Program-made: the position numbers and the translations under genes
Origin: an uncultured Acidimicrobiaceae bacterium
Lineage (GTDB): Bacteria > Actinomycetota > Acidimicrobiia > Acidimicrobiales > Palsa-688
Reading direction: 5' to 3'
DNA length: 64,000 nt
NCBI GenBank assembly: GCA_963786345.1
Contig: CAWAYZ010000014.1
Span: 45,557-109,556, forward strand
The notes under the pieces: generated by a model
What the model was told of the DNA's origin: nothing
What the model saw: only the letters and a program-made list of their open reading frames with translations
Database searches by the model: none
Shown here: positions 18,559-29,169 of the stretch, piece by piece
Position numbering within the stretch: position 1 is the stretch's first letter
Layout of the letters: each line of letters starts with the position of its first letter

Positions 18559-19365
18559 CTAAACGCCTGCGGAGGCGGCGGCGAGCTCCTCGACGATCGA
18601 GGCGGCGGCGGCTTCGGGGCGCGCTGAAGCGGTGACCGCCCTCCCGATGACCAACATGTCCGCTCCAGCGAGGAGAGCCTCGGCAGGCGTGGCGGCGCGG
18701 CCCTGGTCGTCCCTCCCGGTCCCGGCAAGCCTGATCCCTGGCACCACGGCGAGCAAGCCGGGCGCGACGGCCTTGGCCTCACTGAGGTCGGAAGCCGCAC
18801 AGACGAAGCCACCGCACCCCGCATCGCGGGCTGCCTCAACCCGAGCACGCACCAGGTCGGCCGGGGCCTCGGCTTCGCTCGTAAGGACCGTGATCGCGAG
18901 GACGGCCGGCGCAGGCAAACCAGCTCTGGCGGCGCCTTCGGCCAGCCCCTCCGCCCCTGCGGCCAGCGTGGCGGGCCCGGCCGAGGCATGGACGGTGAGG
19001 TACGAGGCACCAAGGGCACCGAGCACCCTCGCTGCTTTGCGCGTTGTAGTCGGGATGTCGAGCACCTTCAGGTCGACGAAGACCCTGAAGCCGGCCTCCA
19101 ACAGCTCGGCCACGACCTGCGGCCCGGCTGCACTGAACAGTTCCAGGCCCACCTTGGCCACTCCGAACCAGGGTTGCATCCGCGCAGCCCACCGCATCGC
19201 CAGGACTGAGTCGTCCACGTCCAGGGCCAGCACCAGCCGCTGGCGAAACTGTTCCAGTTCGCCCGGCACGGCCGGGCCGGTTGTCCCCACCTCGATCACA
19301 TCAGCCTTTCCCGGTTGCCGGATATCTATCAGGATGTCTTCGCTCATTTGGCCGAACCTATCCAA
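18559..19365 (-). CDS. pyrF: orotidine 5'-phosphate decarboxylase
   Basis: VFVDLKVLDIPTTT and the position within the pyr operon. Confidence 0.9.
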   Translation of the reverse strand: MDRFGQMSEDILIDIRQPGKADVIEVGTTGPAVPGELEQFRQRLVLALDVDDSVLAMRWAARMQPWFGVAKVGLELFSAAGPQVVAELLEAGFRVFVDLKVLDIPTTTRKAARVLGALGASYLTVHASAGPATLAAGAEGLAEGAARAGLPAPAVLAITVLTSEAEAPADLVRARVEAARDAGCGGFVCAASDLSEAKAVAPGLLAVVPGIRLAGTGRDDQGRAATPAEALLAGADMLVIGRAVTASARPEAAAASIVEELAAASAGV

Positions 19366-19395
19366 AGTGCACCTCCGCTGTCACAACCTCGGTCC

Positions 19396-20472
19396 CTACT
19401 TCCCTGCATTGATAACCTCCACGGCCCCCGGTTGGTTCGTTCGGTTCGCCCCGTTCGAGCCGGCCGCAGGCGCATCATCGGAGTACGACGAGGCAGCGGG
19501 CCCGCCGACGGCGTACCCACCCGTCACCTCTGAGATGCTCGCAATACCCCGCGATGAACACCAGACCTTCAGTTCCTCGAGTACGCGAAGTGAGGCCCTC
19601 GGGTCGACGAAGGTGGCGGTGCCGACCTGGACCGCGTCGGCTCCCGCCGCGAGCAGCTCGGCAGCGTCGTAGCCGCTGTACACACCGCCGACGCCGACGA
19701 TGGCCGCCGCCGGGAACGCTCGGCGGCACTCGTAGACCGCCCGCACGGCGACCGTGTGGAGCGCCGGCCCGGACAGCCCCCCGCCACCCCCACCGAGGCG
19801 CGGTAGCCCGGTGGCGGGGTCCACCGCGAGGCCCATCAGCGTGTTCACCAGTGTCAGCGCGCCCGTGCCGCTGTCGAGCGCTGCGCCAGCGATGGCGACT
19901 AGGTCCGTAACGTTGGGGCTCAATTTCGCCCATACGGGCAAACCCGTCGCCTTCAACGCCTCGATAAGTGGCCCGAGCGCCGCCGCGGCCCCCTCGGCAG
20001 AGTGAGAGAACATCCGCTGGCGGTCCTCGATGTTCGGGCAGCTGATATTGGCCTCCACTGCCACAACTGCTGAGCGCTGTTCGGCCGGGGCACCAGCCAA
20101 AGCCTCCGCCAGCCGCCGGCCAACTTCTGCGTACTGCCGAGCACTGCGTCCCCAGACGCTCACGACGGTCCTCGCCCCCGCCTTGGCGAGCGCCGGCAGG
20201 TCGTCGTACGCCCAGGCGTCGATCCCCGGGTTCTGGAGCCCGATGCTGTTCAGCATCCCGCCAGCGACCGGCAGCAGGCGGGGGGCTGGGTTGCCGCCCC
20301 ATGGCTCGGCCGACAGTGACTTCACAACGACGGCGCCCAGAGCCGAAAGGTCGAAGTAGGCCCCCAGCTCAGCGCCGTGGCCAGCGGTCCCCGAGGCGGT
20401 CATGATCGGGTTCGGTAGGGCCAATGCGCCCACCCGTGCGGCCATGTCGGTCGAGGTCGCCATTCCCCTCAA
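19396..20472 (-). CDS. pyrD: dihydroorotate dehydrogenase, class 1-like (catalytic Cys)
   Basis: LPNPIMTASGTAG, SIGLQNPG and NISCPN (Cys-type active site). There is a C-terminal extension of about 45 aa. The start overlaps the carB stop. Confidence 0.9.
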   Translation of the reverse strand: MRGMATSTDMAARVGALALPNPIMTASGTAGHGAELGAYFDLSALGAVVVKSLSAEPWGGNPAPRLLPVAGGMLNSIGLQNPGIDAWAYDDLPALAKAGARTVVSVWGRSARQYAEVGRRLAEALAGAPAEQRSAVVAVEANISCPNIEDRQRMFSHSAEGAAAALGPLIEALKATGLPVWAKLSPNVTDLVAIAGAALDSGTGALTLVNTLMGLAVDPATGLPRLGGGGGGLSGPALHTVAVRAVYECRRAFPAAAIVGVGGVYSGYDAAELLAAGADAVQVGTATFVDPRASLRVLEELKVWCSSRGIASISEVTGGYAVGGPAASSYSDDAPAAGSNGANRTNQPGAVEVINAGK

Positions 20473-23400
20473 TCTTCCCCGTGACGGGAAAAGCCGGGCG
20501 CGCCGGAAGGGCCGGGTGCGCCGCTAGCGGCGCTAGCGGCGTGAGCCACGGGTGCGCCGCCCGCCCGGCCGTGGTGCTCCTGGAGGGACTTGACCGCGAA
20601 GGGCTGCTTGGCGCGCTCGAGGACGCCGGCCGCTGCGGCCCGGGCGGCGGCGACGGTAGTGAGAAGGGGGACCTTGTACTGGTGGGCAGCCCGCCGTATC
20701 CGTGCGCCGTCAGCGCGAGGCCCGCGGCCCCGGGGAGTGTTCACCACCAGCTGCACCTTCCCAGAACGGATCAGCTCCACCGCGTCCACGACGTCCACGG
20801 CCTCCCCGAGCGCAGCTGGGCCACTTGCGCCCCCAACTGCGTCCGCAGTTACCTTCCCCACAATTGTCCCCACGGGGACCCCGGCCTTCTCGAGGTACTC
20901 CGCGGTCCCAGAGGTAGCAGCGATAGTGAACCCCGCCGCCACGAAGCGGGCCGCCGCTTCGAGGCCCGCCGCCTTGTCGCGGTCGGCGACGGAGAAGAAG
21001 ACAGTGCCGCCGTCGGCCAGGTTGTCGCCGGCCGCAAGCTGGCTCTTGGCAAAAGCAAGCCCGAACGTCCTGTCGATCCCCATGACCTCTCCGGTCGAGC
21101 GCATTTCAGGCCCGAGCAGGCTGTCCGCATCGGGGAAACGGTCGAATGGGAGCACAGCCTCCTTGACGCTCACATAGCCGGTTACGGGGGGCCTGAGCAG
21201 CCCTTCCGCTCGAAGCGAGGCAAGGGTGGCGCCGGCCATCACCCGTGCTGCCACCTTTGCGAGCGGCACGCCGGTGGCTTTGGAGACGAACGGCACGGTC
21301 CGGCTTGCACGGGGGTTGGCTTCTATCACGAATACCTGCGGCTGCCCCGCCGGGCCCCGCTGCACGGCGAACTGCACGTTGAGCGGGCCCCTAACCTCGA
21401 GAGCGTCTGCGATGGCCCGGGTGTGGCCCTCGATGACCCCGATAGTCGCCGGGCCGAGCGTCGGCGGCGGCACCACGCAGGCGCTGTCCCCGGAATGTAC
21501 CCCCGCCTCTTCCACGTGCTCCATGACGGCGCCGATGAGCGTCTCGCCGCTGGCGTCACGCACTGCGTCCACGTCGACCTCAATGGCGTCCTCGAGGAAC
21601 TTGTCGACCAGCACCGGCCGTTCCGCAGACAGGCCGCCCTCCCGCCCGAGAGACCCCGAAACCGCCATGGCGCCCATCGCCCGCTCCAGGTCCTCGTCCA
21701 CGTAGGCGATCTCCATGGCCCGGCCGCCGAGCACGTAGCTCGGGCGGACCAGCACCGGGTAGCCAACCTTGCCCGCGATCACCAGCGCCTCCTCCACGCA
21801 GGTTGCCGTGCCCCCCGCCGCCTGCGGAATGCCGAGGCGCTCGCAAAGTGCGTTCCACAGCTCCCGGTCCTCTGCCAGGTCGATCGACGCCGGGCTGGTA
21901 CCCATCACAAGCTCGGGAGGTATTACCGAAGAAAGTTTGAGCGGTGTCTGGCCGCCCAGCGCCACTATTACCCCAGCCAGGTGCCCGGAGGCGGACTCGA
22001 CGTCCAGGACGTTTTGCACGTCTTCGGGTGTGACCGGCTCAAAATACAGGCGGTCGCTCGTGTCGTAGTCCGTCGAGACGGTCTCGGGGTTGCAATTGAC
22101 CATGACTGTCTCGAAACCTGCGTCGTGGAGCGCAAAACTCGCCTGCACACAGCAATAATCGAACTCGACACCCTGGCCGATCCGGTTGGGGCCGGACCCA
22201 AGGATCACGACCTTGGGCTTCGTCGAGGGCAGCACCTCGTCGGTGTCCTCGTAGGTCGAGTAGTGATAAGGGGTCCGGGCGGCGAACTCCGCGGCGCAGG
22301 TGTCGACCGTCTTGAAGGTCGCCCGCACACCGAGGCCCCTCCTCGCCGAGCGCACCTCGGCCTCGGTCGTCCCCCACAGATAAGCGAGCTGGGCGTCGGA
22401 AAACCCGAGCCGCTTAGCGCGACGCCAGTCGCGCCGGCCGAGCGCCGCAGGCGAGCCGAGGGCGTCGAGTCGGGCACGCTCGTCGGAGATCCGCGATATC
22501 TGGTCCAAGAACCACGGGTCGACGCCACTTTCGGCGTGGAGCCGTTCGGCGGTCACACCCCGGCGAAGCGCCGCCTCCAAGTGGAACGGCCTATCGGGGG
22601 TTGCCACCGCAGCCTTCGCCACCAGTTCCTCGTCGGTGAGCTGTGTGTAGAGCTCCTCGGCCGGGTCGCAATTGAGGCCCGCTCGACCAGTTTCGAGAGA
22701 CCGCAACGCTTTTTGCAACGACTCGGGGAAATTGCGGCCGATCGCCATCGCTTCGCCGACCGACTGCATGCGGGTCCCCAGGGCCTCGGGGATCCCGGGG
22801 AACTTCTCGAAGGCCCAGCGGGGAACTTTTGTCACCACGTAGTCGATCGTCGGCTCGAAACTGGCCGGCGTTTCGCCCGTAATGTCGTTGCGGATTCTCG
22901 TCCAAGGTGTAGCCGACGGCCAAGCGGGCCGCGATCTTGGCGATCGGGAACCCTGTGGCTTTCGATGCGAGAGCGCTCGAGCGCGAAACTCTCGGGTTCA
23001 TCTCGATCACGACCATTTCGCCATCGACCGGGTTGATAGCGAACTGGATGTTGGAGCCCCCAGTTTCCACCCCAATGCGACGGATGCACGCGAACGCGGC
23101 GTCACGCATTTTTTGGTACTCGACGTCGGAGAGGGTTTGTGCCGGGGCGACCGTCACCGAATCGCCCGTATGGACACCCATCGGGTCGAAGTTCTCTATC
23201 GAGCACACGATCACACAATTGTCTGCCCGGTCGCGCATCACTTCGAGCTCGTACTCTTTCCAACCTGCTATTGAAGTTTCGATCAGGATCTCTCTTATCG
23301 GGCTTGCATCAAGGCCGGTTGCCGCAGCCAGGCGTAGGCCCTCTATGTCCGTCGCTATCCCTGTGCCACCACCGCCCAATATGTAAGACGGGCGGACGAT

Positions 23401-23898
23401 CACAGGGAAACCCACCCTTTCCCCGATCTCCAGCGCCTCCTCGAGCTCCTTGGCAAACCCGGAATCGGGCACGGCCAGGCCGATCTCGGTCATCGCCTCC
23501 CTGAACAGGCCCCTGTCCTCAGCGGTTGCGATAGCTGTCGCATTTGCGCCGATCATCTCCACCCCGTAGCGCTCCAGCACCCCCATGTCGTGGAGCTTCA
23601 TCGCCAGGTTCAGGCCGGTCTGGCCGCCGAGAGTCGGCAAAAGGGCGTCTGGGCGCTCGCGGGCGATGACAGCCTCGAGGATTTCCGGCACGAGCGGCTC
23701 GATATAAGTGCGGTCCGCAATTTCCGGGTCCGTCATTATCGTCGCCGGGTTCGAATTTACGAGCACCACCCGGTAGCCCTCAGCCGACAGCGCCCTGCAG
23801 GCCTGGGTCCCGGAGTAGTCGAACTCGCATGCCTGGCCGATCACGATCGGGCCGGACCCGATAACCATGATCGATGAGATGTCGTCGCGCCTAGGCAC
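20469..23898 (-). CDS. carB: carbamoyl-phosphate synthase large subunit, frame interrupted near 22895
   Basis: The N-terminal ORF (22591..23898) is canonical up to VGYTLDE and then turns to nonsense. The C-terminal ORF (20469..22838) begins [12 protein letters not shown]. Removing one base from AATCCGC (minus strand, about 22891-22897) restores [24 protein letters not shown]. Confidence 0.93.
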
Positions 23899-25147
23899 TG
23901 AGGCTCCCTTGCGCGGCTGCGGTAGCGCCGCAGCGGCGCATCAGTTCGGCGAACTCGCCGAAGAGGTAGCGGGCGTCGTGGGGCCCCGGGCCAGCCTCGG
24001 GGTGGTACTGCACCGAGAACGCCGGTACGTCTCTGCAGATGAAGCCCTCGATCACGCCGTCGTTCAGGTTTATGTGGCTCACCTCTACGGCTTCGCCGAA
24101 GGAGCCTGGGGCAACCGCGTAATTGTGGTTCTGGCTGGTTATTTCGACCGCACCAGTAGCGATGCGGCGCACGGGATGGTTGCCACCGTGGTGGCCGAAG
24201 GGCAATTTGTAGGTAGAAGCGCCGAGGGCCTGGGCAAGGATTCGGTGGCCCAGGCATATTCCGAACACGGGCAGTTTGCCGAGCAACCCACGGACCGCTT
24301 CAGTAGCGCCCGCGACGGCCGCAGGGTCGCCGGGGCCGTTGGAAAGGAACACTCCGTCGGGGGCCATTTCGATGACCTCGCCCGCCGGCGTGCTCGCCGG
24401 GACAACGGTGACGGTGGCTATGCGAGCCAGGTTGCGAAGGATGTTGCGCTTTATACCGAAGTCGTAGGCGACCACCTCGAACGGGCCATCGCCGTACCGG
24501 TAAGCGCTCGAACAGGTGACCTCCGCCACGAGGTCCCGCCCCTCCGTCGTAGGTTCGGCCCGGGCGACAGCGAGCAGGCTCGCCTCGTCGTAAGAGCCAG
24601 GCCCAGCGTCGACCGGCCCGAACGCGCCGGGCATCGCTCCGCCGTCGCGGAGCTGGCGGGTGAGGCGCCTGGTGTCTACGCCGGATATCACTTGGAGGCC
24701 ATGGCGGCGTAGGAAACCGGCGAGGGGCTCGACGGCGCGCCAGTTGCTGGGGCGGCCGGTCAGTTCACGCACGATAACTCCGCGGCAGAAGGGGCGCCGG
24801 CTTTCGTCGTCATCCGGCGCGACCCCGTAGTTGCCAATGTGGGGGTAGGTGAACGAGATCACCTGGCCGGCGTAGGAGGGGTCCGTGAGCACCTCTTGGT
24901 AACCCGTCATGACAGTGTTGAAGACGACCTCGCCGGCGGCGGCAGGGGTACGGCCCTCCGGCGCAGGTTCGCCCTCCGGCGCAGGTTCGCCCTCCGGCGC
25001 AGCTCCGCCCTCGGCCGCATCGAAGCCCAGTACCTCGCCTTCGAACACCGAGCCGTCCGCCAGAGCGAGCAGCCCTTCTCGCCAGGCCGTTTCGGGAACA
25101 CCCGCTCCCCTGACGCCGGGCGAGGCGCCAGCCGGGGCGCCGGTCAT
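23891..25147 (-). CDS. carA: carbamoyl-phosphate synthase small subunit
   Basis: [12 protein letters not shown] (glutaminase Cys) and HNYAV...H.NLNDG...FSVQYHPEA motifs. The N-terminal region carries a PEGEPA repeat insert. Confidence 0.93.
   Translation of the reverse strand: MTGAPAGASPGVRGAGVPETAWREGLLALADGSVFEGEVLGFDAAEGGAAPEGEPAPEGEPAPEGRTPAAAGEVVFNTVMTGYQEVLTDPSYAGQVISFTYPHIGNYGVAPDDDESRRPFCRGVIVRELTGRPSNWRAVEPLAGFLRRHGLQVISGVDTRRLTRQLRDGGAMPGAFGPVDAGPGSYDEASLLAVARAEPTTEGRDLVAEVTCSSAYRYGDGPFEVVAYDFGIKRNILRNLARIATVTVVPASTPAGEVIEMAPDGVFLSNGPGDPAAVAGATEAVRGLLGKLPVFGICLGHRILAQALGASTYKLPFGHHGGNHPVRRIATGAVEITSQNHNYAVAPGSFGEAVEVSHINLNDGVIEGFICRDVPAFSVQYHPEAGPGPHDARYLFGEFAELMRRCGATAAAQGSLSA
24953..25015. 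repeat. 18-nt tandem repeat x3.5 (gccctccggcgcaggttc) in the carA N-terminal region
   Basis: Read directly from the sequence. It encodes [16 protein letters not shown]. Confidence 0.9.
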
Positions 25148-26439
25148 CGCTGCGCCTCCTCGGCAATTACGACGGGCTCCCCGGCGAAGATCGTGTGCCG
25201 TACCTTGCCCGTGAGCTCCCGGCCCGCGAAGGGAGTGTTGTGGCTGCGGCTCGCGAGGGCGGCCGCCACGACCCTCCAGCGCCGGGACGGGTCGATCACG
25301 CAGAGGTTCGCCGGCGCACCCGGCGCGACCGGCCCCCCGTGGGACCCCGACAGGCCTGCGATGGCGGCCGGCTGCCAGGACATGAGAGCGAGCACCCGCT
25401 CGGCTGGCAACCCGAGCTCGCCGAGCGCGATCCCGAGGGCGGTCTCGAGGCCCACCATCCCGGGGGCCGCATCAGCAAACGCCACTTGCTTGGCCTCCAA
25501 AGGGTGCGGCGCGTGGTCGGTGGCGATGGCGTCGATCGTGCCGTCCACGAGCCCTGCAAGGAGCGCCACCAGGTCGGCTTTAGTGCGCAGAGGCGGGTTG
25601 ACCCTGAACACCGGGTCGTAGGACCGCACCGCCTCCTCGGTCAGGACGAGGTGGTGCGGGGCGACCTCGGCTGTCACGGCTACCCCGTCGGCCCGTGCCT
25701 CACGCACGGCTGCCAGCGCCACCGCGGAGGAAAGGTGCAACAGGTGCAGGCGGGCGCCCGTGAGGCGCGCGAGAGCCAGGTCGCGGCGGACCATGATCTC
25801 CTCAGACACCGCCGGCCGGCCAGGCAGGCCGAGGAGGCTCGACAACTCGCCTTCGTTCATCAAGCCCGCGCCGGCCAACGCGGGCTCCTCGCAGTGGTCG
25901 GCGATGACCACGCCCAGGCCAGAGGCGTACTCGAGAGCCCTTCGCATGACCGAGGCGTCCTGAACGCAGTTGCCGTCGTCGGTAAAAATCCGCACGCCGA
26001 GAGCAGCCATCTCCGCCATCGGCGCCAGCAGCCTGCCATCTCGGCCGACGGTTATAGCCCCCGCTGGCCGGACGTCGCAGCAAGCGCCCTTGGCCAGGTC
26101 GAGGACCTGGCGCACGACCGCAGCGGAGTCCGCCGCGGGTTGGGTATTGGGCATCGCAACGATCGCCGTGTAACCGCCGAGCGCCGCGGCACGAGCTCCG
26201 GTCTCGATCGTCTCGGCTTCTTCGGCCCCGGGCTCCCGCAAATGGGCGTGCAGGTCAACCAGGCCGGGGGCGACGATGCAGCCGCCCGCGTCGAGCACTA
26301 CGGTGCCAGGCCCGCCGCCGCTCAGCCCCGGCTCGACAGCGGCCACGACCTCACCTTTCACCAGCACGTCGGCTCGCCGGGCCCCGGAGGCGTCCACCAC
26401 CGTGCCGCCCCGCACCAGTACCTGCCGTTCACGCGCCAA
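25144..26439 (-). CDS. pyrC: dihydroorotase
   Basis: [20 protein letters not shown] and ATDHAPH motifs. The proposed TTG start at 26439 overlaps the true pyrB stop. The tracked 766-aa ORF is an artefactual pyrB-pyrC read-through. Confidence 0.88.
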   Translation of the reverse strand: MARERQVLVRGGTVVDASGARRADVLVKGEVVAAVEPGLSGGGPGTVVLDAGGCIVAPGLVDLHAHLREPGAEEAETIETGARAAALGGYTAIVAMPNTQPAADSAAVVRQVLDLAKGACCDVRPAGAITVGRDGRLLAPMAEMAALGVRIFTDDGNCVQDASVMRRALEYASGLGVVIADHCEEPALAGAGLMNEGELSSLLGLPGRPAVSEEIMVRRDLALARLTGARLHLLHLSSAVALAAVREARADGVAVTAEVAPHHLVLTEEAVRSYDPVFRVNPPLRTKADLVALLAGLVDGTIDAIATDHAPHPLEAKQVAFADAAPGMVGLETALGIALGELGLPAERVLALMSWQPAAIAGLSGSHGGPVAPGAPANLCVIDPSRRWRVVAAALASRSHNTPFAGRELTGKVRHTIFAGEPVVIAEEAQR

Positions 26440-27444
26440 CCGCGGCCCCCGATCCGAGTAGGAGGTAGAGCACGGCCATGCGCACGGCGACGCCGTTAGC
26501 CACCTGGGTGGTGATAACCGAGACGGGGCTGTCGGCAACTTCGGCTGCGATTTCGATACCGCGACGGACCGGGCCGGGTGCATGACGAGCGCAGATGGGC
26601 CGAGCAACCGGGCACGCTCGGCAGTGAGGCCAAAGGTTGCCGTGTACTCCCGGAGGGAGGGAAGGAATTGTTCGTTCATGCGCTCGGCCTGGAGACGCAG
26701 GAGGTAGACCACATCGGATTTGGCCACAACCGCATCGATGTCGTGGCTTACCTCGACCGGCCAGCCCTCGAGCGAAGGCGGCAACAGTGTCGGCGGCGCC
26801 ACCAGGGTCACGGTGGCACCAAGCGTCGAAAAGGCGATCACATTGGAGCGGGCGACCCGGCTGTGCCGGATGTCGCCGACGATCGCGATGCGCAGCCCCG
26901 ACAGCACCGCCGGCCTCGCCGGCGAGTACCCGAGACGCCGCTCCCGTTCCCGGCTGATCGTGAAACAGTCGAGGAGCGCCTGAGTCGGGTGCTCGTGGGC
27001 CCCGTCGCCGGCATTGAGGACCGAGGCCCCGCTGCCAAGTGGCCCGCCCGCACCGCCGACGCCACCGGCGCCTCCCGCGCTCTCCAGCCACCCGGCCACC
27101 TGCGCCGGCACGCCAGCGCAGGAGTGGCGGACGACGAAGGCGTCGACGCCCATGGCTTCGAGCGTGAGCACGGTGTCCCGCAGGGACTCGCCCTTGTTGA
27201 GCGAGCTGGACGAACCGGTGAACGTCATGACGTCCGCAGAGAGCCGTTTGGCAGCCGCCTCGAACGAGAGCCGGGTCCGGGTCGAATCCTCGAAGAAGGT
27301 GGAAACGATCGTTTTGCCGCGCAACGCCGGCACCCTCGGTATTGGCCGGCGGCCCACTTCGACGAAGGTGTCCGCAAGCCGGAGCACCTCGTCGATACCA
27401 TCCAGCCCGAGGTCGGCGACACTGAGCAGGTGCCGCGGCGTCAT
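26429..27444 (-). CDS. pyrB: aspartate carbamoyltransferase catalytic subunit, frame interrupted near 26573
   Basis: [17 protein letters not shown] and LVMHP are in one frame. The expected continuation [13 protein letters not shown]...[18 protein letters not shown] is in the neighbouring frame, ending at 26429. One missing base in CCCGG(G)CCCGG accounts for it. Confidence 0.9.
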
Positions 27445-28079
27445 ACGGCCTCACCGTCCGGCGCGACAGCGTCCCCGAGCGCGAGCGTGCCCCCCAGCGC
27501 AACTGTGCCCCCCAGCGCAACCATGTCCCCGAGCACGACACCTTCGGGGCTGACGTCGACCATTTCGAGCCGGCGGGTGGGGAGGTTCTTGCCGACGTAG
27601 TCGGGACGTATGGGCAGCTCACGATGGCCACGGTCGACCATCACGGCGAGCTGGACGGCTGCTGGCCGGCCGAGGTCGGAAAGCGCATTGAGTGCCGCCC
27701 GAACTGTCCTACCGGTGAAGAGCACGTCATCACAGAGCACTACCACCGCCCCGCCCAGGTCGACAGGGATCTCGGTCACCGCCACCGGCAGCACCGGCCG
27801 CAGCCCGATGTCGTCCCGGTAATAGGCGACGTCGAGAGCTCCAACGGGCACATCGGTGGCCGACACGGCACGCACCACGTCAGCCAAGGCCGAAGCGATC
27901 CACACTCCGCCGGTCTGCAGGCCTACCAGGACAAGGTGGCCGGCTCCACGGTTGTGCTCGAGGATCTCATGAGCTATCCGCCAGGTGGCCCGCCGGACGT
28001 CTTCAGCGTCCATCACAACGGCACGACCCCGGAATACTCCCCCGGCAGGGGAGACCAGAGTGCGCTCGCGCTGACCCAC
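27441..28079 (-). CDS. pyrR: bifunctional pyrimidine operon regulator / uracil phosphoribosyltransferase PyrR
   Basis: [22 protein letters not shown] (PRPP motif) and [18 protein letters not shown]. The preferred start is GTG 28079, preceded by GGAGAGAGGAGAGG. The tracked start (28169) overlaps nusB. The C-terminus carries an 18-nt repeat tail. Confidence 0.85.
   Translation of the reverse strand: MGQRERTLVSPAGGVFRGRAVVMDAEDVRRATWRIAHEILEHNRGAGHLVLVGLQTGGVWIASALADVVRAVSATDVPVGALDVAYYRDDIGLRPVLPVAVTEIPVDLGGAVVVLCDDVLFTGRTVRAALNALSDLGRPAAVQLAVMVDRGHRELPIRPDYVGKNLPTRRLEMVDVSPEGVVLGDMVALGGTVALGGTLALGDAVAPDGEAV
27469..27540. repeat. 18-nt tandem repeat x4 (degenerate) in the pyrR C-terminal tail
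   Basis: Units are gcgtccccgagcgcgagc, gtgccccccagcgcaact, gtgccccccagcgcaacc and atgtccccgagcacgaca. They encode [23 protein letters not shown]. Confidence 0.85.
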
Positions 28080-28098
28080 AACCTCTCCTCTCTCCCGT

Positions 28099-28118
28099 GC
28101 CAGCCTCACAGGACTGGC
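28099..28118 (-). promoter_or_regulatory. candidate PyrR-binding RNA hairpin in the pyrR leader
   Basis: The minus-strand RNA GCCAG-UCCUGUGAGG-CUGGC resembles the PyrR binding-loop core (..UCCAGAGAGG..). It lies between the nusB stop and the pyrR SD sequence. Confidence 0.45.
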
Positions 28119-28119
28119 T

Positions 28120-28536
28120 TTACGGTCGAACAGGCAGCTTATCCTCGTCGGGCCGTAGCTCGTGGGCAATTGTCGCGAGCAGCCCGTTTACAAAACCTGC
28201 CGATTCGTCGGTCGAGTACTCCTTCGCCAGCTCGACCGCCTCGGATATCACGACGCTTGTGGGCACATCGGGGCACCAGCCCAGCTCGAAGGTAGCCATC
28301 CGCAGCACCGCCCGGTCCACCACCGGCATGCGCTCGAGCGACCAATCGATGGCGTGCTTGGCGAGCAGCTCGTCGATCCGGGCCTGGTGGGATTCGACAC
28401 CGCTCGCCAGCGTGGTGGCATAGGGCTGGGGAGCCACCGGCAGCTCTGCCAACAGGTCGCTGACGGCCTGCTCTTTCAAGTCGCACTCGTAGAGCAGTTC
28501 GAGAGCGCGCTCTCGCGCCCCTCGCCGGCCCCCCAA
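28120..28536 (-). CDS. nusB: transcription antitermination factor NusB
   Basis: ARERALELLYE...VDRAVLRMATFEL...EAVELAKEYSTDESAGFVNGLL is NusB-like. Confidence 0.92.
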   Translation of the reverse strand: MGGRRGARERALELLYECDLKEQAVSDLLAELPVAPQPYATTLASGVESHQARIDELLAKHAIDWSLERMPVVDRAVLRMATFELGWCPDVPTSVVISEAVELAKEYSTDESAGFVNGLLATIAHELRPDEDKLPVRP

Positions 28537-28547
28537 GCCGAACAGTT

Positions 28548-29117
28548 CTAGCTCCCGACGCGAGTCAAGTACTCACCAGTGCGAGTGTCGACCTTGACCT
28601 TGTCGCCCTGGTTTACGAAAAGTGGGACCTGCACGCTTATCCCCGTCTCCAGTACGGCCGGCTTGCGGGCCCCGGACACCCTGTCGCCCTGCACGCCCGG
28701 CTCGGTCTGGGTGACAGTCAGCTCCACGGCTGCTGGCAGGTCGACGCCGATTATCTCGCCATCGTAAAACTGGAGAAGGGCCGAGTCCCCCTCTTTCAAG
28801 AAGTTTGCAGCGGCGCCGAGCGCCTCGCGCGGCGAGGTCAGCTGCTCGTAATCCGAGTTGTCCATGAACACATACGCGCCGCCGTCGGTGTAAAGGAACT
28901 GCATTTCTTTCTTGTCGATAATCGCCTGGTCGAGCTTTTCGTCCGCGCGGTAGGTGCGGTCGATGACGGCGCCGCTGCGCATGTTCTTCAGTTTTGTGCG
29001 CACGAATGCGCCGCCTTTGCCGGGCTTCACGTGTTGGAACTCAACCACGGAGAACAAACCCTCAGGCAGGTTGAGGGTCATTCCGTTCTTCAGATCGTTT
29101 GTAGATACAGCAGCCAT
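28548..29117 (-). CDS. efp: elongation factor P
   Basis: 189-aa ORF with STNDLKNG...[19 protein letters not shown]... Confidence 0.97.
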   Translation of the reverse strand: MAAVSTNDLKNGMTLNLPEGLFSVVEFQHVKPGKGGAFVRTKLKNMRSGAVIDRTYRADEKLDQAIIDKKEMQFLYTDGGAYVFMDNSDYEQLTSPREALGAAANFLKEGDSALLQFYDGEIIGVDLPAAVELTVTQTEPGVQGDRVSGARKPAVLETGISVQVPLFVNQGDKVKVDTRTGEYLTRVGS

Positions 29118-29169
29118 TTGGTGGCAACCCCTTTTTCGAACTCGCGTCGCCCGGAACTTCTTGTGGTCC

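Noticed and set aside
25144-27444. A 766-aa ORF that looks like a natural PyrB-PyrC fusion protein.
   Set aside because: The 55-aa 'linker' is out-of-frame nonsense. The genuine PyrB C-terminus, with its own stop at 26429, is present in the neighbouring frame. A 1-nt deletion explains the read-through.
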